Source: Fistulifera solaris (Eukaryota). From it: a stretch of DNA of 64,000 nucleotides. Under the pieces are notes generated by a model, which ran no database searches, was not told the origin of the DNA, and saw only the letters and a program-made list of their open reading frames with translations. Position numbers and translations under genes: made by a program. Location of the stretch: the NCBI GenBank assembly GCA_030295235.1, contig AP026150.1, forward strand, positions 434,001-498,000. Direction: 5' to 3'. Positions 10,745 through 22,235 of the stretch are shown piece by piece. Every line of letters begins with the position of its first letter. Position 1 is the stretch's first letter.

Positions 10745-13700
10745 ATGCTCGTCTCTATCCTCCCCGGAAACTCTCCGTTGCGTCGAAGTCATCCAGATGA
10801 TGTCATCTCGCCTTCTACGACGCGCACGGTGCTTCTGGTTCCGACAGGCACGCAAATAGCGTTGCCATTCGATGAGATACGCGGACAGGATGTCGTGATA
10901 ATCGATGCTTTAAGTCAGCGAAACGAAGAGGAGGAGGGGGAAGAACCGGGCCGAATAATCAATTGCGCGAGCCCTCGGAGTAATGCTTCGCATAAGAGAA
11001 TCTTTGACCGACAATTCGAGGAAAAGAAAAGTGAAACATTGTATCCCCTGGATGAGAAGCGACAGGCGACGGAATCAAAAACCCCAGCTCATCCCAGAGA
11101 CAATGAAGATTTTGATGACATTGCACTTGCACCAACGGATGAAAAAATGTCAATTTCACTAAGAAATTCGAGACCGAAGGTGCCCACATTCCCAGACATA
11201 ATTCAACATGGCGTGCTCGATAGCATCGTTTCACCCAACAGCAAAGAAGGATCATTTGATGACGAACGCTTCGAGAATCCTTCTTTCACCCCCAATAAAA
11301 AAGAGCAAGAAGTCACTTCTACATCCATGTTTCAATCGTTGGCGAATGCCACAATGTCTGCTGCCCTTCATATTGAAAACCTCATTCTAGGTCCATCCGA
11401 TGCACCTGTCACACCCGAACAACCGAGCTGGTATGCGGGAAACAAAGACACCCGAGACAAAATATTCTCCACTATAGCATCTCCAGCTCATACAAACAGC
11501 ATCGTGGATGAAACACCCAATACGAGCCAAGTTTGGAGCGAAGCTTTTTCGTCACCAGACGTTTGGGAAGCGGAACAAGAATCGATGGCGAAGTGCAACA
11601 CAAGTAGCGCACCGCAGAGTCCGTATGAATCGGTGGACTACACTCCTGCACAAGGCTCTGCTGTAGTTCGACGATCGTTTGGGGCTGAAACAAGGACAGC
11701 TGCAGTAGACGAAGATGCACCTGCTGACGAATCAGGACGGGTACTTTCCGGTAGCTTCCAGACGCCAGTGTCAATGAATGCTCCTGCCGATGAGTTACGA
11801 ACAGCTCAACGACGGCCAATCGATCCTCCACCCGATGTTCCAAAAGACGCTCCCGGAGGCAATTACAAAGTAGACCCGCCCTCGGAGCGGCAGAATGGCA
11901 ACGCAATCTCGGGGATTGCTGTGCAATCGCCTATTTTTGAAATGGGACAAACAAAATCAGTTTTGTCACATGAAGAGATTGACACCAAGAAAATGGAAGA
12001 GGATAAAAAAAAGTCGACCTTGACATTTATGGAAAGTGATCCGTCTCGTGACGAACGGAGACAAGATAAGAATTCTCCTAATAGACTCTCCGGTAATTGG
12101 GACATGCCGGACGACGAACCTGCCGCGCTCATTCCAAAGAAGACACCGCAATTGTCTGAGACTGTACGGAATGATGCTAGAAACAGCTTACTAGAGCCCC
12201 CTGGAACTCCTGGACCGATATTATCCCCTGGAAAATCGCATGATGAAGGAGAAGAGCCTCCTGAATTAAAGCGTGCGGTGGATTCCGCTTCTCCTATCCT
12301 GCATCAGCCGAGTCCTTCCGCACATCGTCAAACTCAACGTATCATTAGGGCAGAAGATGGATATGCTTCTGATGGGACTGAAAATCTACTGGGCTCGTTG
12401 CAGGTGCTTATGGACGATCTCGATGATATGGCTCAGAAACGCAGCATTCGGACTAGAGGTGACCAGTTCACGTCTTTCCATTCATGTATATCTTCGGTGC
12501 GCGACGGTGTGAATGCCAGTATGTTGTCGACAAATGGTCTCGGAAGTCCTTTTAAATCCATTGATGCGCTGCAAGACGGCTTACCTTTTCGGATCAACAT
12601 GTTGAACAATGATCTTGGAATACCGATAGGGGATATCATTATTTCACTATTCAACGAAGAAAATGACGACAAACCTTGGACTAATCTAGTAAGCGAAGCA
12701 GTTTGGAGATGTCGAATTGTTCGAAGGAACTGCGATACGAAATGGTTGAAAGGCAAACTGAAAAGACATCGTGATTCACCTTGTTTGGAAAAATCATCTA
12801 GTTTTGCATACTCGGGTGATCGACAGGTACTGGAAAGGACTATTCAAGAAGTCCAAGCGACTGCTATCCAGCATCTTAAGTATGATGAATTGAGCGATGC
12901 GGTATATCTGTACACTGAAATTCTGGACAGGTATACATCTTATATTCCTGCGTTGCAATCGCTCCCTGATTCAAATCACAATTTAAGGCATCTGGGGGTG
13001 TACATTGGAATCGCGAAGTACAACCTTGGCATTATAGCGATGCTCCAGGGCGAGTTTGGAATCGCGTGCGGTCTTTTCGAAAAGGCTGCAACGATGCTTT
13101 CTCACGAAACGAGTATCGACCAGCTGGTAGGTTGACGACCCATCGATGATACATTGAAAGTACAGGCTCACAGTTGCTTTTCATTTGTTATGTTTATCAA
13201 GACTATACGAAGCAAAATCGCAATATGTCTGATTGCTCAGAACGAGTTACAGAAAGCGCAAGGCATTCTTCGTGCTGTGTGCTTACTTGCTCGCGAAAAA
13301 ACAGGATCCCTTCCAGATCGCCGCCAGTTTGCGGAGATTTTGAACAATCTCGCTTGTGTCAACTATTTTTTGAATGGATACAATGAAGCTTATATCGCGT
13401 TTACTCAGTCCTTGGACATTCAGCTTTCATTGTGCGATGATGCTCTCTATTTAGGCTCGAAATTCTCTTCTCAGTCTAGTGCCATGAATGTTGCTGTTGT
13501 GCGAGCTAATGTTGGATTTCTCGCTCTCGTTTCACGCGACATTCCGACAGCCCGCATGGCATTTGAGTCTTCTTTGAAGGTAAGTTTAGAGTTGTATGTA
13601 CTTTCTTGCCGTTGTGCCTCACGCTAACACTGATAACCTTAGACTCAGGCATTGCTTTTGCGCGACGCTCACGCTAGTTTAGTATCCGCAATGGAACACT

Positions 13701-14058
13701 TAGCAGTTATCCATCTTTTCGACGATGCAAGGGACAAAACATTACAGGTAAGATCTGTTTAAACTTTTTGTTGAACGCCTGAAACATCCACGCTGAGTTC
13801 CTTGCAAAGCTTTTACGCAGAGTTCTTCACATGCAAATAGACGCTTTTGGTGCCGATGATCATCGCTGCTTGCTGTTACGGAAGAAGATCAGATTGATAG
13901 AAAATGATACTCTCACAGATCAATTAGCCATAGCTCTCGGCGCTATACCGCGTATAGAAGATGGACTGAAAATGGTAGCCGAGCGTTATCAAGGAGGAAA
14001 GACGATGGCCTCGTTTTGGTCATTATTGAGTCCAGAATCCTCTCATTCCCAAGAGTAA
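10745..14058 (+). CDS. Large protein with a disordered N-terminus and C-terminal TPR repeats (4 exons)
   Basis: 796-aa first exon; introns 13127-13201, 13580-13642 and 13748-13809 keep the frame. TPR motifs IAKYNLGII, AEILNNLACV, ANVGFL. Confidence 0.75.
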
Positions 14059-14145
14059 AGTAGACTCAGTTGAATAGGCAGTCGATTTCTAATGTCTACT
14101 ATTCAAAACATTCATGTCTTTGACTATTATAGTATCATGCTTCAA

Positions 14146-17100
14146 TTAGCTACTTATGAAAGCTGTGGTCGAGTGAAAATTCCTCACATTCGTCAGCCGC
14201 GCCACTAAAAACTCCTCAGCTGATAAAAATTTATCACCATCAAAAATTCCAACAGACGAGACAAGCTGTGTGCTTTCCGTCTCGATCTTATTGAACTCCA
14301 TTAGCTCAATATCTTGAGATCTATGTTTTCCGTCCTTCTTTGCTCCATTTTGAATGGGCACTACTATTGAAATGTCGGCGGAACGCACACCATGATGTAA
14401 CTCGTTAACGGTACTATCAGCCGCTTCAAGTGAATCGGGGCCAATTTCTGTCGCCAGCGCATCATCACAGGTCGTGTCGAGCAAGGAAATTGATGTCTTC
14501 TTCGTTCTTAATTTCTTCTTTTTGTTCTTTTTCCCCGAGATAGTATTTAGTGGCGCTTGTATCTCTTGTTCCGGTACGTCCGTCGGCAACTCCTCTTTCG
14601 CGATGACTTCTACCTTAACTTCCTTTCTTGTGCTGGACACGTCGTGAGGTTCTTCACATTGACTTATGATGGCGGGTGTATGTCCAATATCACTCGAAAT
14701 TTGAGGTAGATCCGCTGTTCCTTCAGAAATATTTCTACTTTCCGTCGGGGTTCCATCCTCCTCTACAATGCTGATAGTCTCCTGCGATAGGGTCGATTCC
14801 TTTTGGCTCGGTACTTTCTTTTTCTTGTTCTTTTTCCCCGATGTACCATGTGTGGACGCTTGGTGTTTTTCTTCTGACATGGTGACAAGCAACTCTTGCT
14901 CAGCAACCACGGCTTGCCACTCCTTGTAGCGCTCGTCCATCCATCGATAAAGAAGTCCTAGAAGAACGCATTCAGCTCGAAAGCTACCGTGCCCTCCAAG
15001 GCATGGGTTCTCAGATCGTCCTGTTTGTTGAAAAAGCAGTCCCTTTTTCAAAGAAAAAGGAAGCTCAATTGTACTAGCTAAGGAGAGCCATCCATAGTCG
15101 TGCTTTTCTGTTGCCTTCTCATCAGAAATCAAACATTCATTGCAGTGAAGTCTAGTCGCCATGAGCAGGACGCAGCGCTGCCACAAATTCAACCGTAAAT
15201 TCGCCAATTTCGAAAGAACATCGCTGCGATCGAAGGAGCTCAGATGTGTCGTGTAATCCGCCTTTAGTAGGTCATCGTGCAATCCTTGTACTTCAATTAA
15301 AAAAAATGCTCGAAGGGTGGCCCGGCTGAACAATATCATCACGAGCGAAATGCCGCTCTGCAGTTTTCAAAAGTTTTTCAACCATACCACAAAGTACTTT
15401 TCGCCTCTGATCATGTTCTAGAATCAACTTCTGGATAGTGCCTTGATGAATGGACTCCATTACCCACTTTGTAATCGCAACTACGACGGTCTCAAGCATT
15501 TCGTCGAACGACAGCGTAGATCCTTTTCCATTTCTTCTAGTAACCTGCTGGTCCATCAAATGATTGCGGAACACAGTTTGGGCGATCAAATACCGAAACC
15601 AACTCACGTTCCAAGCTGCGTCTTTTCCAAGTAACGGGTCAAGCAGGTTTATTTGACAGTCAAGATGTGTTTGGAATTGATCAATCAAGTGGTAAGTAAT
15701 CCGATACTTTGCTTGCACAAGTAGACGATATGCTTCTCGTATTTCAGCACTGCAATACATTGCCGGGATGGTCCCTTGAGCACTGGTCATTTCTTCTATC
15801 TTCTTCTCGTAATTAGCCGATTCGACATAAATATCTTCCATGGCCTTGCTGTAGACATGCCAAAGTTCACGTAGCTTCACGAAGGCCTCATCGTTGCTAG
15901 ACTGGTCGGCCCGACGCTCTGCCTGCAAAGTGTGCCATCCTTTTCGCTGTTCATCGGTAACCTCGTCTTTGAGACTGCAGTCGGTACACGCATATCGCTG
16001 ACTAAAGCTAGTCACCAAAATTACTTTCTGCGTGACCTCCCACAAAGTATCAAACACGTTTCCTATTAGCTCCTGGCATGTCTCGTCTGTACTTTTCATG
16101 ACGGCAAAAGAGCTCATCTCAATGTTCCCCCCTGCATCGTGCATCGAAGTTTGCTCCTTGAATGTGGATATGGTATCGTTGAGACGAATTGCCCACTCAC
16201 AAAAGAGGCCTCCCTTCGGTCACTAAGGTGTCCTACCCGATCCAAAATTTCTTTCACTACAGTTTGCGGTAGCATTTTATCCACGCAAACAAATCCGAGT
16301 AAATCATCAACCGATAAAGCAGGTAACAGTATCCCATTCTCAAGTACGAACACAAATCGTTCCCATTTCCACGGATTTGCCATGTGTTCCGAGTTACTTC
16401 CGTCCTGTGAGGATGCTGCCGAATAGTGCAATTCCCAAAGTCCGTCCAGTCTATCTTTCGATTCAGAGCCCCGCGACTGACTCGGAGCAAGTAAGTCTCG
16501 CACAAAATACCAACGTTCCTTTTCTTGTCCCAATCCTTCTTCCATAGCAACATAATCGAAATGAGCGTCGGTACGGTCATCCTCGATGCCCCCGAAATGC
16601 AAAATGAGCATCGAGTTCTTCATCAAATGCTCCTGAACCACTTTTCGACAAGACTCACACGCAATGTCATTGACAGCTTGCTGCAATTTGTCTGGAAGAA
16701 GTTGACATCGCATCTGTTTTTCGGTCATATATTCCAGAAAGAGTCGTAAAGACGATGACGGAGAGCGATGAATGACAGGCAAGTTCTGCATTGACTTGGC
16801 CAGTAAATTGCGCAAAAGGCATCTGCGACGTGAACTCCGTTTCACAGACGGAGGCACATCTTCTTTCGAGTCCGTTGACGCTTCGACTGCCTGCGCTATA
16901 ACTTCGGTGCTTTCGACATCGTTCTCTTCAATCTCGTCTACTCTCTTTTCTTCACAACTAGCTTTCTTCTTTTTCTTCTTCTTTTTCCTCTTCTCGGTCT
17001 GACCATTGAGGACTGACGCCGATGAAGCCACGACTTCTGTTTGCAAGTAATGCCGGATGGCCGAAGCTAAGTTAGACTCCTGAACGACCTTGGGTTTTAC

Positions 17101-17220
17101 GATTTCATCTTTGATTTCTTGCAATAGACGACTGCACGGTTGATCGAATCGATTGTGAAAAGTATCTAGTTTCTGTGAATTACTTTTTGGAGTAGTGGCC
17201 TTGCGAGGAGGACGCGGCAT
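14146..17220 (-). CDS. Large hypothetical (~1000 aa) Lys-rich, probably nuclear protein; two frameshifts (~16200, ~15300-15330)
   Basis: Three overlapping same-strand long ORFs (387, 283 and 398 aa). Poly-Lys NLS-like tracts, two CxxC motifs, and an AEQELL...KKNKKKK motif. Confidence 0.65.
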
Positions 17221-18198
17221 GTTAATTGGTCGCAAGAAAATCGAGTAGAGTCTTTCAGAAGATGTGAATGTGGTCAATAGTCCCTGATATTTTGCTTGAC
17301 GGGGAACCGACGGCTTGGATTTATAAAACGAAGGACAGACTGGCTAATCTGATCGATATGGAATTGAACAGTTAGAAATACAGACTATGAGTTCCTCTCC
17401 GCAACAGTTCTTGTCGTCTTGATGTTATTTATGTTGTTGCGATGAAAATAAAATGCGAAAGAGTGGCGGCAAAAAGGTTATGTGCGTGAGTGGTTTGTCC
17501 TTCATACGGCGAATTCAATTGTCACATTGCAGAATGCTGGTACCGGTACCATGTACGGTACGGAGTACACAAGTACAGCAGTACCGTACCGTAATCGCGA
17601 TCAAAAGACAGTTAGTGGGATTCAAGTCACCAATTAGATTAAAGCTGCTAGCTCCTATATACTCCGAGTACATCGTGTTTGTTTATTCGATCTGTTATTA
17701 TTATTGAGTATAAAGTATTGCCAAAACACAATATATTTCGCTATTATTCATTTTATTCATTAGTAGCAATCGCAACGCATCGACAGGATACGGGACTGTA
17801 ATGCAATCGAGTTGAGTGAGTCTTGCCAATCCTACACTGTTCGCTAGTAGAGTCGATGTCGGAATCCAACGAACTCGGTTGGTTAACGTAGCTCTGTTCA
17901 CCGATTGGATCAACAAACATTAGCTCTAATACACAGTATTGCTCTTAATGAAATCGCTAGTATTGTACATGGAATAGAATAATTGCCTGGACACATAGTA
18001 TTTTATCTCGAATCGCAACCTTTCGACAGAATCCGGGACTGCACGTCAAGACTGCATTTCTCCTAAAATCATCGATGCGACATGGTTACAAAAAATCTTA
18101 ATCTCTCTACTAATAACTCAAAAGCGTGAGAAGTTGTTGTTTCGTGAAATAAAAAAGCTGCGACTACCAGGTATCATTACCTTTCTTTTCAATAAATC

Positions 18199-19794
18199 CT
18201 ACAAGCGACTACGATAGGGACACTTCGCTACTCCGGTCTCTTCCGTCAAAGATACTGCGCGGACCTGGCGGATGGGAGGCAGTTTGCGTGCAATGGCAGC
18301 ACCATAGTCCCGATCCACATTCGTAAACAAAGCCAAAGCACGCTCTCGAACAGCTGGATCGGTCACTTGTGCTATATGCTGTGCCAAATTGTCGGTGAGA
18401 CGTTCGCGGGCCGCTTCGTCCAAAACTCGTCGATAAAAGACACGACACTGCGAAAAGTTGTCTTCGTCCCCCGTCTCGACGCGGGCGACTTGACCTGTCA
18501 CAGAATCACCATGTTCGACCGCCTCACGAGTTACCGAGGGACCACCAAACGAATTGGGAAAGTAGTGGGGCGCCCCACCTCCATTGTCCGTGGTCTGCAT
18601 CGGACCGTCGCGTTGATAATTCTGAACACTGGCTCGCGCCCGATTAATGGGCAAGTTGGCGTAGTTGGCACCCAATCGATGACGATGCGTGTCAGGATAG
18701 CTAAACAAGCGCGCTTGCAACATCTTATCGGGAGACGGTTCAATGCCGGGTACCATGTGGCTGGGAGAAAAGGCCAGTTGTTCGATTTGCGCAAAGTAAT
18801 TGGTAGGATTCTGGTTCAGCACCATGCGTCCCACGGGACAAAGAGGATACTGTGCCTGCGGCCAAATCTTGGTCAAATCAAACGGATTGAAGGATGCGAC
18901 TTGTGCTTGCTGGTAGGACATGATTTGCACATAAAGTGTCCAAGAGGGATAGTTTCCTTGAGCAATGGCATTGTACAAATCACGTATGGCGTAATTAGGA
19001 TCACTGGCCGACAACGCTTGGGCTTGGTCGGCTGTCAAATTACGAATGCCTTGATCAGTTTTCCAATGATACTTGACATAACAGGGCGTGCCGTCGGAAC
19101 CGACATTTTTGAAGGTATGACTCCCGTATCCATTCATGCACCGATACCCGTCCGGAATACCGCGATCTCCAAAGAGGAACGACACTTGATGAACCGTTTC
19201 CGGCCGCAACGAAATGAAATCCCAAAACATGTTGGCATCCGGCAAATGAGTCTGCGGATTCCGCTTTTGTGTGTGAATGAAACTCGGAAACAGGATCGGA
19301 TCACGAATGAAAAAGATGGGGGTATTGTTCCCTACCAAATCCCAATTGCCCTGATCGGTATAAAATTTGACCGCAAATCCTCGCGGATCTCGTGCCGTAT
19401 CGGCCGATCCACTTTCTCCTCCAACGGTCGAAAAGCGCACAGTGACCGGGGTCCGTTGTCCGACGTGTTGAAAGAGAGATGCCCGACAGTGCGGTTGCGC
19501 GTGCGTGAGTTCGAAATACCCCAACGCTCCGGCGCCTTTGGCGTGCACGACACGTTCCGGAATGCGTTCGCGATCGAAATGCGACAAATGATCGAGTAAG
19601 GTAAAATCTTGCAAGACAATCGGTCCGTTCGGACCCGCTGTCATGCTGCTCGTCAAGGAATCAATCGGTGCGCCTTGACTGGTGGTCGTTATTGTTGGAG
19701 TAGTCGATGGCTGATCGGCTTCGTTCTGTTTGTAATCGAGCAGCTGTGAGGCTGCCGGGTTATCATCTTTGATAGAAGAAATAAAGTTTGTCAT
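18199..19794 (-). CDS. CAT: Monofunctional heme catalase, peroxisomal
   Basis: Active-site [29 protein letters not shown], heme-ligand [13 protein letters not shown]-terminal SRL matches PTS1. Confidence 0.97.
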   Translation of the reverse strand: MTNFISSIKDDNPAASQLLDYKQNEADQPSTTPTITTTSQGAPIDSLTSSMTAGPNGPIVLQDFTLLDHLSHFDRERIPERVVHAKGAGALGYFELTHAQPHCRASLFQHVGQRTPVTVRFSTVGGESGSADTARDPRGFAVKFYTDQGNWDLVGNNTPIFFIRDPILFPSFIHTQKRNPQTHLPDANMFWDFISLRPETVHQVSFLFGDRGIPDGYRCMNGYGSHTFKNVGSDGTPCYVKYHWKTDQGIRNLTADQAQALSASDPNYAIRDLYNAIAQGNYPSWTLYVQIMSYQQAQVASFNPFDLTKIWPQAQYPLCPVGRMVLNQNPTNYFAQIEQLAFSPSHMVPGIEPSPDKMLQARLFSYPDTHRHRLGANYANLPINRARASVQNYQRDGPMQTTDNGGGAPHYFPNSFGGPSVTREAVEHGDSVTGQVARVETGDEDNFSQCRVFYRRVLDEAARERLTDNLAQHIAQVTDPAVRERALALFTNVDRDYGAAIARKLPPIRQVRAVSLTEETGVAKCPYRSRL

Positions 19795-20428
19795 GATTGC
19801 GTTCTTGTTGGTTCTGAATAACGTAGTATTCTGTAATAAACAGAGTAAACGAAGGCAAATGAATAAAGACGACGCGATCGAATGATGACGATTCGTGAAT
19901 ACGACGAGAAGGTGTCAGTAGCGCCATTTTGGGGAAAGATACTCTAAGTCCCGCATAATTGTATGTAGCAAGTCACGAGTTCATTGCATCGTGATAATTC
20001 AGGATCGCAAAAACGACGATATAGGGTATGCATTGGGATGACAAGAAGACAAAAGACTTTGGCTTCTAGTATTCCGGAAAATCAATAGTGGCGATTGCGA
20101 AATAGAGTTGCCAGACGCTACAGAACGTCATACATGGAAAGCATCAGGTACAAGTGTGGATCCCTTTCTGATCGTTGTGAACGGAGCGGCAATTCCTGAG
20201 GTCAATGCGACATTTGTCATCCACCGGAATGACAAGAAAAAAAAATGGATCATTTCCAAAAGATGCTGAAGTCTTCTATGACGCGCTATGAAGCGCCAAG
20301 AGAACTCTTTCAGGTTCACCGCGCTCGTGAGTTTTAGTTTATTTAGAATTGTCAACACAGTCTCGCGCCCGACGTTCTGTGATTACTCGTTTCAAACGGC
20401 ACCAAAAGATCAATCGTTTTTTTTCTGA

Positions 20429-20776
20429 CGAATCACTCCTACGCAACATAAAGACGCTGGAGCCGAACAATCACCTCAAACAGCAGTCTGTGTTGCTTTA
20501 CAAGAAAAAGCCTTTGCGGAGGAAGAACTTGTAAATCTTGAGAAGTACAACGTATTTTTTACCTATGTAGACACCGAAGGAGACTGGATGATCATCAAGA
20601 CTGTCGACGACTTGACGGCGGCACTCGAGGAACACGCGAATGCGGGGCAGATCAAGATACTCGCGCAAGATCGAGAGAAACCTGTAGAAACACAAAACAT
20701 TCAGGGTACCTGCCAACGAAAGAGTGAGTCAGGCTACCGTTTCGCCAGATCGAAATCCAATTTTGTAACACAGTAG
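20429..20776 (+). pseudogene. PB1-domain-encoding fragment (disrupted gene or remnant)
   Basis: Frame reads YNVFFTYVDTEGDWMIIKTVDDLTAALEEH..AGQIKILA, the PB1 OPCA motif. No in-frame ATG upstream of the motif; stop at 20426-20428. Confidence 0.55.
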
Positions 20777-21276
20777 TATGATTACTCTCCCAATGCAAAC
20801 TGTTGTGCAGGGGGCAGGCATTCCAGCTGTTGACGGAACATATGCTCAGGACGGTGTTTTGTTTGATGCATGGAGATACAAAAAGAGTGGTTGGTGGGAC
20901 GGAGAAGGGTGCATTTTTCAACTTTTTTAGTGCGTCACAAACAAAAAACGATATTGGTACATCTCTATTGTGCCATACGGGAAAACTCTAGGAAAAAGGA
21001 CGGATGTCGACTTTTACAGAGCGATAGTGCACCCCAGCACACAGCGAAACACAGCAATGGTCCGATGCCAGATCTCACTCTTTTAACGGCAATTAAAACT
21101 CCTCCATCGACAAGCCAGCATCCGAAACGAAAGAAAAATTGAACCTGATGCGAACTGACGTTACTTACTCATACACAATAGCGATTAAACTTTTTTTGCA
21201 ATTCTTCAATGGTGTCCTCAAGTAGTTGCCTCATACAACAAAAGTCTCTCGTTTTATTACCCGTGGACGACCCAGC

Positions 21277-21954
21277 CTATTCATTTCTTCTTTTTCCCTT
21301 GGTGGTGACGATCATGAACCCATCTTCATCCATTTCGGGTTCAGGTGCTGGGGGTGCTGCTTCTCCCAACTGACGCACCGGCCCTTCTGGAACGGCCGGC
21401 AATTGACTTCCACGAGGAGGCCCAAACAAATATTGACTCGCATAGTCACGAGCCGACAAGCTGCTAGTACCTTGAACAGCTATGAGAGTCGGTGCTTCGT
21501 CAGCTTCCATGGCCTCATCGTCGTCGTCGTCGTCGCATTCTGTCGATTGCACTTGAACGGGATAATCTGCGACTTGCAATAAAGCCGTTTCCGCCATTGC
21601 AATCATTTGTCGTGCCAAGGTAGTGTCACCTTGATGACATTGTTCGTACATACGCCAAATGGTTTCCGCGATTTGTCGTTCCGAATCATCTTCCAAAACA
21701 ACGGAGAATTCTTCTTCCATGAAAATGGCCAAATGATCTTCTAAATCTAGACAATCCATATTATTATTATTTTTGGGTAGGACATCGTGGCCGTTGAATT
21801 GTTCGAAAATGTATTGCCGCAACAATTCTGCCTTGGCGAGAGAATCGACGCCACCCCATCCGGCTTGCACGGCCGTCCGTAAGGCCGACCACGATCGCAA
21901 ACAAGCCGTCACGCCGGCGCGGAATTCGTCGATTTTTGAAGAAGATACATTCAT
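21277..21954 (-). CDS. TSR2: Pre-rRNA-processing protein TSR2
   Basis: WSALRTAVQAGWGG (WGG domain), MEEEFSVVLEDDS, C-terminal DEDGFMIVTTKGKRR. Confidence 0.92.
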   Translation of the reverse strand: MNVSSSKIDEFRAGVTACLRSWSALRTAVQAGWGGVDSLAKAELLRQYIFEQFNGHDVLPKNNNNMDCLDLEDHLAIFMEEEFSVVLEDDSERQIAETIWRMYEQCHQGDTTLARQMIAMAETALLQVADYPVQVQSTECDDDDDDEAMEADEAPTLIAVQGTSSLSARDYASQYLFGPPRGSQLPAVPEGPVRQLGEAAPPAPEPEMDEDGFMIVTTKGKRRNE

Positions 21955-22184
21955 ATGTGTCGTTGATGATGTTGATGATGTTGATGTTGATGATGTGATT
22001 GTGATTTGATGAGAAGAAGAAAAAGAAAAAAAGAAAAAGGCGCGAGATAATTACCAGTATTGTTTTCGTGGCTCGCATTATTATTTTGTAACGGTTTGTC
22101 GGACAGACGGTACGAATAGGGACTGCAATTATCGCACGACTCGATTGGCTTTACCACAGCATTTTTGGTTGTTGTTGCACTCTT

Positions 22185-22209
<25 letters not shown>
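22185..22209. repeat. (CT)n microsatellite in the TSR2/REP bidirectional intergenic region
   Basis: Direct reading of the ctctct run. Confidence 0.9.
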
Positions 22210-22215
<6 letters not shown>

Positions 22216-22235
22216 TTCTTCACTTTCCAAAGATC

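Noticed and set aside
18367..19599. 410-aa antisense ORF over catalase
   Set aside because: Shadow of the codon bias of a conserved gene; no motif, Arg/Ile-rich composition.
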